A stretch of DNA of 46,494 nucleotides from Cyanobacteriota bacterium (GCA_046045965.1 JBJOKS010000033.1:1-46494), one strand, 5' to 3'; shown: positions 10,250 through 20,809, counted from the stretch's first letter. Made by a program: numbers and translations. Notes: generated by a model from the letters alone, not told the origin.

Positions 10250-10933
10250 ATGAAATCTATTCCCCTGACTGCTTTTATTGTTAGTGGCTTAATTACTGCT
10301 TCCAGTTTACCAACTCTTGCTGCTGGATCAAACACCTACCGCAGTATTAAATCAAATAATATTTTACCATGTCCTACTAATCAACAAATAGAACAAACTT
10401 GGTCAGGTGGAGATGTTTCTCATTATGGTTCTGAACATTTAATAATTTGCTTAGAAAGTAACCGTAAAGCTAAGTGGGTTATGTACTCTTATAGAACCTG
10501 TCAACCCCATAAAGTTGAACCCCAAAACTGTCCAGATATTCAAACTAATAGTTTTGAAGAAAAAGATAATACTTATATTTTTAAGCCACAAAAAACAGGA
10601 ATTGGCACAAATTGTAAAATTGTTAAAGCAACGGGTGAATATAATACTATTTATTATCATTGGACTTGTGAAAAATACACTGCTCGTCAAAATTTGACCA
10701 TTATTACCAAGGGAAACGAACCTCTTCTGAGTAGTGGTAGACTTTATGATCAATATGGTAGTATGCCGGCAAAATTTCAACTGAACACATCAGATCATCC
10801 TGAATGTAAAAACAGTTCTTCAATGTGTAAACAGGATTATCCCGGTTTAGGAGGAGATGGCAAAAAACTCGATTCCCGACTTTATATTGATTGTCGAGGA
10901 GATGCAGAATTTTGTAACTGGAAGTATAAGTAA
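10250..10933 (+). CDS. Secreted cysteine-rich hypothetical protein
   Basis: Sec signal peptide (..LPTLA-A) and 10 Cys. Confidence 0.8.
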   Translation: MKSIPLTAFIVSGLITASSLPTLAAGSNTYRSIKSNNILPCPTNQQIEQTWSGGDVSHYGSEHLIICLESNRKAKWVMYSYRTCQPHKVEPQNCPDIQTNSFEEKDNTYIFKPQKTGIGTNCKIVKATGEYNTIYYHWTCEKYTARQNLTIITKGNEPLLSSGRLYDQYGSMPAKFQLNTSDHPECKNSSSMCKQDYPGLGGDGKKLDSRLYIDCRGDAEFCNWKYK

Positions 10934-11103
10934 ATGGGTCGGGACTTACGCCACTGGTACAGGTGATTGCCTCCGGTAGTGCGCTCCGCTCAATCGCCAA
11001 TGACTGCATAGTGGTAAGTACAGAAAAACTAAATAAGAAACATAGGAATCTCAAATGGCTCAATTTTTGTAGTAATATGTACTAAGAGAATGGAATTATA
11101 TTT

Positions 11104-11685
11104 ATGGTTCAAACTCCTCAAGCACCAATCAATTATTTTTCCTTTGAAGATTACTATGCCTATGATGATGGCACTGAAAATCGCTATGAATTAGTAGATG
11201 GAGAATTAGTTTTAATGCCACCAGAATCAATTTTTAATTCTGATATATCAATGCGATTATTGTGGGAATTGGCTAAAATAGTCCCTCTTCATCTGTTAAA
11301 ATATAAAGAAATTATGATTGAGGTAAGTGGACGTAGAGCAAAGGTAAGAATCCCTGATTTATTAGTCTTGGGCGAAGAATGTCGCGCTGCTTTAGAAGCC
11401 ACGAAAAGAGGAACAATTACCCATGAGATGCCACCACCATTAATAGCTATAGAAGTGGTATCACCTGGTACTGAAAATGAAGTTAGAGACTATCGCTTCA
11501 AGCGTTCTGAGTATGCAGCTAGGGGAATTTCGGAATATTGGATTGTTGATCCTGTACAGAACAAAATTACGGTTTTATCTTTAGTAGAAGGCTTGTATGA
11601 AGAATTTATTTATACAGGTGATGAATTAATTAAAAGTGAAGTATTTCCAGAAATTAAAATTAAGGTCACTGATATTCTCGTTTAA
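11104..11685 (+). CDS. Uma2 family (DUF820) putative endonuclease
   Basis: RYELVDGEL, RIPDL, IEVVSPG, KRSEYA and EYWIVDP motifs. Confidence 0.95.
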   Translation: MVQTPQAPINYFSFEDYYAYDDGTENRYELVDGELVLMPPESIFNSDISMRLLWELAKIVPLHLLKYKEIMIEVSGRRAKVRIPDLLVLGEECRAALEATKRGTITHEMPPPLIAIEVVSPGTENEVRDYRFKRSEYAARGISEYWIVDPVQNKITVLSLVEGLYEEFIYTGDELIKSEVFPEIKIKVTDILV

Positions 11686-11756
11686 TAGATAGCAATTAAA
11701 AGTATTATGGTTGAGCGATCACGTAAGAATTAGTTTTTGGTAATTTAGTTTAAATA

Positions 11757-11969
11757 GGGCTTGCTGAAAAAGTCTTTCCGTGAAGGCAGGGAACAGGGAA
11801 CTCTTAACAGGGAACAGTTTCAAGAGTTGGATGGGAGCGATTTTTCCTTGGTATCAAACTTAAATGCAAGGTTTTTAAGTTTCCACCCCGTAAAAGGAAA
11901 GCACTTTTTTGATTTGAAAACGTCTCAAACCCTTTACCTGTAATCTTTTTATGTTTATTCAGCAAGCCC
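11757..11969. mobile_element. MITE, 213 bp, with 12-bp perfect TIR and 6-bp target-site duplication
   Basis: GGGCTTGCTGAA...TTCAGCAAGCCC, flanked by TAAATA at 11751-11756 and 11970-11975. Confidence 0.85.
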
Positions 11970-12074
11970 TAAATAACAAAAATATAGTCAGGATTTGAAT
12001 TTAGCGATCGCCCTTGATTTCTTAAAACAGAGTAAGCGATCGCTGATTTCAGTAATTAAAACCCTAAAACTCGC

Positions 12075-13166
12075 TCAAAATCCCATCGCTTCAGCTACCG
12101 CTTGCAAGTCTGCGGGAATACCCTGTTTAAAATGAGCATGACTGTGTTTAATTGCAGTATCTGGATCTTTCAAACCATTACCAGTTAAGACACAAACCAC
12201 AGTTGCACCTGTAGGAACTTGGTCTTTTACCTTTAACAACCCAGCTACAGAAGCAGCACTTGCAGGTTCACAGAAAATACCCTCTGATGACGCTAACAAC
12301 CGATAAGCGTCCAAAATTTCCTCATCTGTGACAGCGTTAAAACAACCTTGACTAGCAGATTGAGCAGCGATCGCCTTATCCCAACTTGCAGGATTACCAA
12401 TTCTAATCGCAGTTGCTATAGTTTCAGGATGTAACACTGGTTGACCATTTACCAAAGGTGCAGCACCAGCAGCTTGGAAACCCATCATTTTTGGCAAGCG
12501 ATCGCATTTTCCCGCTTGATGGTATTGACAAAAACCCATCCAATATGCTGTGATATTTCCCGCATTCCCCACCGGAATACACAACCAGTCAGGAGCATTA
12601 CCCAACGCATCCACCACTTCAAAAGCGCCAGTTTTCTGACCTTCCAAGCGGTAAGGATTGACAGAATTTACCAAAGTGATGGGATAATGATCAGCCATTT
12701 CCCGGACAATTTCTAAAGCCCGATCAAAATTTCCTTTAATAGCTAATACTTCAGCGCCATACAATAACGCCTGTGCCAACTTACCCAAAGCCACATAACC
12801 ATCGGGAATTAACACAAAAGGTTTCATTCCTCCACGTTGAGCATAGGCAGCAGCAGCAGCGGAAGTATTACCTGTACTAGCACAAATCACCGCCTTAGCA
12901 CCAGCTTCCTTGGCCTTGGTAATGGCCATGGTCATACCCCGATCTTTAAAACTGCCAGTGGGGTTAAGACCATCGTATTTCACAAATACCTTCACCTGTT
13001 TACCAATACGTTCAGCGATCGCTGGCACAGGAATCAAAGGTGTGTTACCTTCCAAGAGAGTAACAACTGGAGTGCTTTCGCTGACAGGCAAGTATTCCCG
13101 ATAGGCTTCTATCAGTCCGGGCCAAGGTTGGCGATGAGATTTAGCAACAGACAAGCTCAAAGTCAC
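12075..13166 (-). CDS. thrC: Threonine synthase
   Basis: [13 protein letters not shown]-lysine, CASTGNT, PVGNAGN and LTGNGLKD motifs. Confidence 0.98.
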   Translation of the reverse strand: MTLSLSVAKSHRQPWPGLIEAYREYLPVSESTPVVTLLEGNTPLIPVPAIAERIGKQVKVFVKYDGLNPTGSFKDRGMTMAITKAKEAGAKAVICASTGNTSAAAAAYAQRGGMKPFVLIPDGYVALGKLAQALLYGAEVLAIKGNFDRALEIVREMADHYPITLVNSVNPYRLEGQKTGAFEVVDALGNAPDWLCIPVGNAGNITAYWMGFCQYHQAGKCDRLPKMMGFQAAGAAPLVNGQPVLHPETIATAIRIGNPASWDKAIAAQSASQGCFNAVTDEEILDAYRLLASSEGIFCEPASAASVAGLLKVKDQVPTGATVVCVLTGNGLKDPDTAIKHSHAHFKQGIPADLQAVAEAMGF

Positions 13167-13398
13167 AGGATTCTAAACTTCTTAACTAGGGATTTGAGAT
13201 GGGAAAATTGAATTTTATTTATAGTGTCAATCACTTTACCATGCAAAGGGCGATGTCATCTCAGGAACAGAGTTGCTATCATCGCAGTCTCTTATGACTA
13301 AACGGTTAACCTATCAGAGTATGTGATGGAAAGTATACAATGTTTTAAGAAAGATTAATATGACATTATTATAATATCTCAAATGGTGTGAGCCAAGT

Positions 13399-13608
13399 TT
13401 GCAAATGAGTATAACCATGTCTACCTTATCATCCAGTGTTGCCAGTTGTGAATCTCATAGTGAATTGGTCAAAAAGCTTACCAAAGCTTATTATCAAGAC
13501 GAACAGCAAGAGAAATTTATTGATTTGCAAGCAGAAGTAGATTCCCTGCTGCAACAGTTACAGAACCTCAAGAGTGAAAGACTAGAATCTTCTAGCCACC
13601 CAGAATAA
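13399..13608 (+). CDS. Small hypothetical coiled-coil protein (start uncertain)
   Basis: Helical QQEKFIDLQAEVDSLLQQLQ segment; occupies the gap between genes. Confidence 0.6.
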   Translation: MQMSITMSTLSSSVASCESHSELVKKLTKAYYQDEQQEKFIDLQAEVDSLLQQLQNLKSERLESSSHPE

Positions 13609-13625
13609 GCCGATACCCGTAGTGA

Positions 13626-16001
13626 TTATTCCAGGCGCTGATTAGTTTCTGACCAGCGCCTCAAGTCATAAGTATCAGCATTTTCTACCAGCAAAGCTAG
13701 AGATTGGTCACTACTCAGTTTAGCGATCGCTGTGAGGCTTTGTTGTGATTGAGCAGCAAAGTCAGTATAAATCACCTGACCGTTACTGGAAAAAATCATA
13801 GTCCGGGGACGTTTATTCTCTTCTCCATTTCCCCAATTTTCATTTCCAGCCTGAGTCAAAGAAGCTATAGCTGAACCAGAAATAGTCAAAACCACATCAA
13901 GATTACCATCATTAGTGACATCAATCATCTGCACAGGCCAATCACTCATTTTTACCTTTATTTCCGCAAAACTGGGAACCTGACCAGGAGCAATATCCCC
14001 AGACTGCTGCAAAGAACGCCACACAGTCGGTAAAATTGTCTGTAAAGCTTGAGGATTTTGCTGCTCTAGTGCTTCAATAGTGATAGGAGATGGTTGTATC
14101 CATTCTAATGCTGCGGCCGTTAAAGCTAGAGGTTTGGGTTGCAGAGAATGATCTTTATTTTCCAGAATAAAATCACCAGCGGCTAAAAGTCGTAAAACGC
14201 CATTCCGCATTTGTACAGCTTTAATAGTAGCAGTGTTGATTTGCTGTTCTCCATTAGGTAGCCAAACAACAATTTGGATACTAGGATCAGTAGCAATTCC
14301 CAAAATTTTCCTCCAAAATTGGCTAGTTTGAATTTTTGGTAATGGTAAACTAGCAAACGGGTATCTCAACCAACTTGTACGATTATGGAATGCACTCACA
14401 TCTACCTGATACCAAACTTCGTTATCTGGCTTTTTTAAATCTGCTGTTCCATCTATGGGTAGCCAAACAGTATTATTAACCTTAGTGATTTTCTGCACAC
14501 CACCAATAATTTGACTTTGATGATTATTTATCACCTGATCATTGAGTTTGACCAATAAATCTTGAAGATAGGGTAGAGTTTCGTCACTAATATTAGGTTG
14601 TCCTTGCAACCAAGAATTAGCACGTTCTTCACCCCTTTGCACAGTTAATATCAGATATGCCCAAGCTAACACAGCGCGTCTGGTGGGGTTGAGTCGTAAA
14701 GCGACCGTTGTTCGATTCCATAACCTACCTCTATCGGTTTGGAGCAAGTTAGAAATTTCTTCACCGTTATAGGAAGATATTGTCAAAACCTGTAAAGCTT
14801 GCTCCCAGCGACCATCAATTAAAGCTGTTAGCACTTGTTGACTAGGACTAGCCCAACTTTTATCAGCTTGAATTTTGGTAGATTGAGAATGCAGACGAAT
14901 AAAATCCATTTGTGCTTGAACAGACTCTGGAAAAGGTTGTTGACGTTGTTTCCCAAGAGATGTCAACCAAGCATCAGCAGGTGTCCAAAGTCCATTTCGC
15001 GCTAATAATAGGCATTTTTGATAACTAGAATCATCCAATACTGCTTTCAGGTCAATTGGTTCTAATAACACAGAATTATTAACTAATTTGCCTTCTTTGA
15101 CTTGGTAAACTTGTAAATGTGGTTCTAAATCTACTGTTTGATCTATAACTAACTCTTTTGTCTCACTACCAGTTACCTGTTGCCATTTTGGTAATTGCCC
15201 ATTAGGGTTTTTCCAAGATAACATTTGTTGTAAACTACGAAGTTGAGGATTGTAATGAATAATTTGACCATAGGCGATAACTTTTTCTCCTAGTTTATGT
15301 TCACCTCCCAAATAAAACCAGAACCCAGGCGATAATGTAGAATCATTAAAAGCTTTTATCTCAGTTAAAAGGAAGTTAATTTTTTGTTCCTGATTTTCTG
15401 ATTCCGAGATATTTTTACCCACGGGAGATTCTACAAAAGATTTTGTCAGTCCATTAATAGATAGTTGAGTTACCAGATGGTAGTGTATTTCTGGTTGAAA
15501 TTGAAACTCTAAATCTTTTGATCGTTGATAAATCCTTAGTTCCACAAGTTCTTGACAATCAGACTGACAATTATTACGGTTTTGAAAAATTGGCAATAGA
15601 AATAAATTTGGTTTTTGTGGCTTTTGATTATTTTTCTTATTTGCAGTATCTAAAGATAAATTTTCTCCAACTATGCGGTTTTGTTTCTTTAAGGTAAGTT
15701 CAATTTCTGCCAGAGTTTGGGGTATATCTTGTTTACTGACAGCTATTTTCGCCCCTGCTGGTAAATATTCATTTAGCCAACTCACCTGTTCTGGATTAAG
15801 TATAAAGAGAATGCTAATCCAGCCAAAAGCAATAATAACACCGGCACTACTCAACAAAATAGTCAGCGCCAAGGTTGACAACAGCCAACTGCGCCATCGA
15901 GACTGTTTTTGCGCTTTTTTAGCTATTCTTCTCCTTGGACCAGCACTAGGCTGATAAGTGATAGCTGCTTTTGGTTTCACCTTACGCGAGTGCTTGGCCA
16001 T
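13626..16001 (-). CDS. Large hypothetical single-pass membrane protein
   Basis: Basic N-terminus, one TM helix, helical middle, and a DVTNDGNLD (FG-GAP/EF-like) motif near the C-terminus. Confidence 0.85.
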   Translation of the reverse strand: MAKHSRKVKPKAAITYQPSAGPRRRIAKKAQKQSRWRSWLLSTLALTILLSSAGVIIAFGWISILFILNPEQVSWLNEYLPAGAKIAVSKQDIPQTLAEIELTLKKQNRIVGENLSLDTANKKNNQKPQKPNLFLLPIFQNRNNCQSDCQELVELRIYQRSKDLEFQFQPEIHYHLVTQLSINGLTKSFVESPVGKNISESENQEQKINFLLTEIKAFNDSTLSPGFWFYLGGEHKLGEKVIAYGQIIHYNPQLRSLQQMLSWKNPNGQLPKWQQVTGSETKELVIDQTVDLEPHLQVYQVKEGKLVNNSVLLEPIDLKAVLDDSSYQKCLLLARNGLWTPADAWLTSLGKQRQQPFPESVQAQMDFIRLHSQSTKIQADKSWASPSQQVLTALIDGRWEQALQVLTISSYNGEEISNLLQTDRGRLWNRTTVALRLNPTRRAVLAWAYLILTVQRGEERANSWLQGQPNISDETLPYLQDLLVKLNDQVINNHQSQIIGGVQKITKVNNTVWLPIDGTADLKKPDNEVWYQVDVSAFHNRTSWLRYPFASLPLPKIQTSQFWRKILGIATDPSIQIVVWLPNGEQQINTATIKAVQMRNGVLRLLAAGDFILENKDHSLQPKPLALTAAALEWIQPSPITIEALEQQNPQALQTILPTVWRSLQQSGDIAPGQVPSFAEIKVKMSDWPVQMIDVTNDGNLDVVLTISGSAIASLTQAGNENWGNGEENKRPRTMIFSSNGQVIYTDFAAQSQQSLTAIAKLSSDQSLALLVENADTYDLRRWSETNQRLE

Positions 16002-16309
16002 TTTAGTTTTCAGTCGCAGTTGCTCATAGTTATAAGTTGAAATTTTTACATTTTACAAAAAAAGTAAAATTTATTAAAACAGTGATCACTTTTTTTACAC
16101 GCACGTCAAACAGTATCCGTGGCTAAAATTGCTTCAAATCCCCGACTGCTTAGATAATTCGGGGATCTTATTGTTCAGTAGCGTGTCCGCAGGACTTATG
16201 ATTTATGCTATATGTTGCATTTGATTAACTTCTACCTACCAGATGTAGCTATGCTGACAAATCTATATTACTTTCTTGCTGACTGCTGAAGTTCTAAATG
16301 TTTATACAC

Positions 16310-16856
16310 AAAAAAGGTTTGGTGGTTAACCAAACCTCAATATAAATCCAGTGCATAACAACATCCCAAATTAATTTAACCTGTCTGGTTTGGTGGCTGC
16401 ATCTTCCTAGAGGATGTATGCAAATACGCTCAAAGCTGATAATAGATGATACGATTGGCAATAAATTTAGTCATCCTAGCAGCACTGCAATTATTATCCC
16501 AGATAAAAAAAGGACGGGGGGTTATCCCGTCCGCACTAATAGCTTGAAAGTGGCAATACACCTTGGAATATGAACAAAAATAGTAGAAATAAAATTCAAT
16601 AGATTGTCAGGATTGTAAATGAAATCAACAAAAGGAGCGGGAATTTAACCCGTACAAATTATTTTATTCATTGATTAATTCCTGCAATTTTGATCAATAT
16701 AGCACAGTTATTTGGTTATTTTCTGCCAAAATGGCAAATCCTAAAAAAACAAAAAAGACAGGTTTAAACCCGTCTCCTGTATAAAAATTAAAAACATCTT
16801 GGTAATTTATGCAATATATCAAGTTACTTTAGTAGATGAGTGCCAAAATGCCAAAT
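16310..16856 (-). ncRNA. Putative tandem small-RNA array (3-4 units)
   Basis: Four hairpin+U-tract terminators on the minus strand and a repeated upstream motif with fixed spacing to -10-like hexamers. Confidence 0.5.
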
Positions 16857-16935
16857 AGCAGGGTGCAAAAAGTAAATATTTCTCCTTTGCACCCCGCCCC
16901 CTGATTTCGCTGCTTCCCCTGCTTCTAATTACGAA

Positions 16936-18135
16936 TTACCAGGTTGTTTTTAAGACAAAAATTTTCTCAATGATATCTTCTACTACTTTATCGGGTGTAG
17001 AAGCACCAGAGGTGATACCAACAACTATTTCTCCTGCTGGTAGCCAGTTTTCTGTTGTTGCTAATTCTCCAGTTAATTGCCGATGTTCGATGGCATTACC
17101 AGATTTAATGCGCTCTACACTATCAATATGATAGGAAGGAATATTCCGGTCAAAAGCTATTTGTTGTAGTTGAGTAGTATTTGATGAATTAAAACCACCA
17201 ATTACTACCATTAAATCTAGTTTGTGTTCCACCAATTCTAACATAGCATCTTGGCGTTCTTGGGTAGCGTCGCAGATGGTGTTAAAACTTTGGAAATGCT
17301 GATTTAATGCTGCTGGTCCATATTTCTGCATCATGGTTCGCTCCAGCATTTTACCAATTTTTTCGGTGTCATCTTTGAGCATGGTGGTTTGGTTAGCAAT
17401 ACCTACCCGTTCTAAATCTTGATCAGGATCAAATCCGGCTGAACAAGCTTTAGCAAATTTGGCTAAAAATTCCTCACGGTTGCCACCATTAAGAATGTAG
17501 TTAGTGACATATTCTGCTTCTTGTAAATTCAAAACAATTAGATATTTCCCGGCGAAGGAACTGGTAGCAACGGTTTCTTCGTGTTTGTATTTGCCGTGAA
17601 TAATGGAGGTATATTCGCCTTTTTTGTGTTTTTCAACTGTATTCCAAACTTTGGAAACCCAAGGACAAGTTGTATCAATTATCTGGCAACCTTTATCATG
17701 TAAAATTTGCATTTCTTGAACGCTGGCACCAAAGGCGGGTAGGATGACTACATCACCTTGATCAACAACAGAAAAGTCTTTTTGATGGGCTTCAACAGGG
17801 ATAAATTGGACTTTCATTTCTTGCATCCGTTGATTCACAGAGGGATTGTGAATAATTTCGTTGGTGATCCAGATGCGTTCTGTTGGGAAGTGCTGACGGG
17901 TTTCGTAGGCCATGGCTACTGCACGTTCTACACCCCAGCAAAATCCAAATGCTTGTGCTAGTCGGATGGTAACATTGCCTCTAGTGAGGATGTAGTTGCG
18001 ATCGCGTATTTGTTGTATTAAGTTACTTTGATACTCAGACTGCAACTGAGTGGACACTTCTGCTTTATGTCCAAACCCTTTACGGTTGTAATTTTCTGAA
18101 TGTTGTAGGCTGCGTTTAAAAGCTTTGGTATCCAT
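16936..18135 (-). CDS. ispH: 4-hydroxy-3-methylbut-2-enyl diphosphate reductase
   Basis: [34 protein letters not shown] and TSGASTP motifs. Confidence 0.99.
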   Translation of the reverse strand: MDTKAFKRSLQHSENYNRKGFGHKAEVSTQLQSEYQSNLIQQIRDRNYILTRGNVTIRLAQAFGFCWGVERAVAMAYETRQHFPTERIWITNEIIHNPSVNQRMQEMKVQFIPVEAHQKDFSVVDQGDVVILPAFGASVQEMQILHDKGCQIIDTTCPWVSKVWNTVEKHKKGEYTSIIHGKYKHEETVATSSFAGKYLIVLNLQEAEYVTNYILNGGNREEFLAKFAKACSAGFDPDQDLERVGIANQTTMLKDDTEKIGKMLERTMMQKYGPAALNQHFQSFNTICDATQERQDAMLELVEHKLDLMVVIGGFNSSNTTQLQQIAFDRNIPSYHIDSVERIKSGNAIEHRQLTGELATTENWLPAGEIVVGITSGASTPDKVVEDIIEKIFVLKTTW

Positions 18136-18224
18136 TTTGCTTTGGCTGCTAAAATCAATATTTCTTATTTTCTCTTGCTAGGACACAATTCAGTTGATAT
18201 TAGTCATTAGTCATTGGTCATCAA

Positions 18225-19061
18225 TTATTCTCGCCTGTTCAGAGTTTCCTGTTCACTATAAATCTGCAATGCAGTCCGCCAAACTGTATAACCTTGGGAA
18301 TTGAGGTGTAAACCATCGGTGCTAAATTCTCGACGCATATCACCTTGCTTATTAGTGAACAAGGGATGTAAGTTGAGATATTGAATATCTTGTTGATTTG
18401 CTATCTTTTGTAGTTCTCCGTTTAACTTGCGAATACGACTGTTAGGAATAGCTAGTAATTTTTCTCTTCCTTCCCAAGTGGCTTCTTCTCCCCCGTGGGG
18501 CAAAATTGACTGGAGGATAATTTTGGCTTTGGGGTGTGTTCTCCGTAGATAACTGATAATTTGTTTTTGATTGGCTAAAATTTCTTCATCACCTACCCCG
18601 CGAATCAGGTCATTAATCCCAATCATGACTAAAATTATCTCTGGCTGGGTACGGTCAAATAAATCTAATCTTTTTAATAAACCCTCGCTAGTTTCACCAG
18701 ATATTCCTTGATTTAGCCAATTTCTGTCTTCCGGCAATAAATCAGGTGGAAACCATAAACTTAAAGAATCTCCAACTAATATGGTTAATTTTTCAGGCGG
18801 TTTTTGGGCTGCTACTTTGGCTTCTTGTTTGAGGATGTCTAACCATTGCTTGTAATTGAGTTTATGGCGTGGTCCTAACTCCGGTACGAAAGCTTGGTTT
18901 TGAGGGTTGAGGTTGACTTGTTGTGGGGAAGTGCTGGTTGCAAAGGCATTGGTCAATTTCTGCTGTCGCCAAATCAGTAAAATGATGGCTAACATCAAGA
19001 TACCATTTGTCACCAGTAAGAAAAATCCCCAGATAGGAAATGGTTTTGCAGAAGTGGACAC
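18225..19061 (-). CDS. SGNH/GDSL hydrolase with N-terminal TM anchor
   Basis: GDSL, NQGISG, GIND and DGLH blocks; GTG start at 19061 inferred (the ORF track extends to 19157). Confidence 0.9.
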   Translation of the reverse strand: MSTSAKPFPIWGFFLLVTNGILMLAIILLIWRQQKLTNAFATSTSPQQVNLNPQNQAFVPELGPRHKLNYKQWLDILKQEAKVAAQKPPEKLTILVGDSLSLWFPPDLLPEDRNWLNQGISGETSEGLLKRLDLFDRTQPEIILVMIGINDLIRGVGDEEILANQKQIISYLRRTHPKAKIILQSILPHGGEEATWEGREKLLAIPNSRIRKLNGELQKIANQQDIQYLNLHPLFTNKQGDMRREFSTDGLHLNSQGYTVWRTALQIYSEQETLNRRE

Positions 19062-19180
19062 GACTAAAAAATTAAAAATTAGAAATTCAAAATTCGTTCT
19101 GTGGTCATTTGATGCCGAGTAAGTTAAATGTACATCAAGTTCACAAAAATTTAGCAATTTTGCATCTGCTCTTGAATAAT

Positions 19181-19213
19181 AAGATCCCCGCTTTCTCTAA
19201 CAAGTCGGGGATC
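19181..19213. repeat. Palindromic REP-like element (related copy at about 16136-16168)
   Basis: AGATCCCCG...CGGGGATCT. Confidence 0.7.
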
Positions 19214-19337
19214 TCAGGCTGTCACCATTAAGGGAATAGGCAAAAGAGGCAGGGTGCAGGATGCAGAGGAGAGGTATTTCCCCTTCCGGGTTCCCAGTAA
19301 AGAGTCCCCAGTAAAGAGTCACTTATCACCTGTAACT

Positions 19338-20723
19338 CTAAATGTTTATGCGATCGCCAAATTCGGAGTTATAACCTTCTTCTCCGTGTTCGTTTATATC
19401 TAGACCTTGGTTTTCTGTTTCTTCCTTCACCCGCAGTCCGATTGTAGAATCAATAAATTTGAGGATCAACCAAGTACCAGCAGCGGCGATGATATAAGCT
19501 ATGGCGATCGCTGCTAGTTCCACGAATAATTCCCCGAAATTACCACGTAAAAGACCATCTTTACCGCCGGAGTTGACTTCAGTGGTGGCAAAGACAGCGG
19601 TTAAAATTGCCCCTAATGTTCCCCCGACACCATGTACAGGATAGGTATCTAAAGCATCATCAACATTTAGCTTGTGCTTGAAACTTACAGCATAGAAGCA
19701 GACGACGGAGGTAATAAAACCTATTAAAATCGCTGCTAAAGGTGTAACAAATCCTGCGGCTGGGGTGATACCGACCAAACCAGCTACTGCACCGGTAGCC
19801 GCACCAACGGCGGTGGGTTTACCTCTGAGGGTGGCTTCTAAAATTAACCACATTAATGCACCAGCAGCGGCTGAGGTATTAGTAGCAACAAAGGCTACTG
19901 TGGCAACACCACCGGCAGATAAGGCGCTACCAGCATTAAAACCAAACCAGCCAAACCAGAGTAAACCAGCACCCAATAAAATAAAGGGGACGTTGTGGGG
20001 TGGACTGAGGCGATCTGGGTGGTTTTTCCGAGGTCCGAGGACGATGGCTGCTACAAGGGCAGAAACTCCAGAACTAATGTGTACGACTGTACCCCCAGCA
20101 AAGTCAAGAGCGCCTAAACCGCCGTATAATCCTAAAAATCCACCTTTTGCCCAGACCATGTGTGCTAGGGGTGTGTAGATAAAGGTTGACCACAATAATA
20201 CAAATAGGCAATAAGCACGGAAACTCATCCGTTCGGCGATCGCCCCGGAAATTAAAGCTGGGGTGATAATTGCAAACATGGCTTGATAGATCATGAAGGC
20301 TTGATGAGGTATTGTTCCCGCATAGGAAACAACTTCCGCAGGGGTTGAACCTTCCAAATAACCTGTTGTTTCTAAACCGACACCGTTTAACCCTAACCAC
20401 TGTAAGCCCCCAATGAAGGGTAAACCAGGAGCAAAGGATAGGCTATAACCCCACAGCACCCAGGTGACTCCGACAATGGCCATCAACACGAAACTCATCA
20501 TTAAGGTGTTGAGGATGTTACGCGATCGCACAAACCCACCATAAAAAAATGCTAATCCTGGTGTCATCAGCAACACCAACGCTGAGGAAATCAGCATAAA
20601 TGCTGTATCTCCAGTATCAGGCGCTGGGGGAGTGGCCGCTGCTTCAGCCCAAGCATTACCTATCAATGGAAAACCCAACAGAAAGAGGGTAAAAACCCCA
20701 AACATGAAAAATTTCTTCAGCAC
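19338..20723 (-). CDS. amtB: Ammonium transporter, AmtB type
   Basis: LMTPGLAFFYGG, QAMFAIITPALISG, DFAGGTVVH, WFGWFGFNAGS and DDALD..PVHG motifs. Confidence 0.95.
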   Translation of the reverse strand: MLKKFFMFGVFTLFLLGFPLIGNAWAEAAATPPAPDTGDTAFMLISSALVLLMTPGLAFFYGGFVRSRNILNTLMMSFVLMAIVGVTWVLWGYSLSFAPGLPFIGGLQWLGLNGVGLETTGYLEGSTPAEVVSYAGTIPHQAFMIYQAMFAIITPALISGAIAERMSFRAYCLFVLLWSTFIYTPLAHMVWAKGGFLGLYGGLGALDFAGGTVVHISSGVSALVAAIVLGPRKNHPDRLSPPHNVPFILLGAGLLWFGWFGFNAGSALSAGGVATVAFVATNTSAAAGALMWLILEATLRGKPTAVGAATGAVAGLVGITPAAGFVTPLAAILIGFITSVVCFYAVSFKHKLNVDDALDTYPVHGVGGTLGAILTAVFATTEVNSGGKDGLLRGNFGELFVELAAIAIAYIIAAAGTWLILKFIDSTIGLRVKEETENQGLDINEHGEEGYNSEFGDRINI

Positions 20724-20774
20724 TTGTTTTTGTTCCTATCCACCAAATTACTTCACATTACTTATTTAGGTAAC

Positions 20775-20809
20775 GTGATTTTTGATACTATTTATGTTTT
20801 TAAAGTTAC
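20775..20809 (-). promoter_or_regulatory. Two imperfect NtcA-like boxes upstream of amtB
   Basis: GTG-N8-TAC (20775-20788) and GTT-N8-TAC (20796-20809) versus consensus GTA-N8-TAC. Confidence 0.5.

Noticed and set aside
11761..11943. 60-aa ORF
   Set aside because: Lies wholly within the MITE and starts in its TIR.
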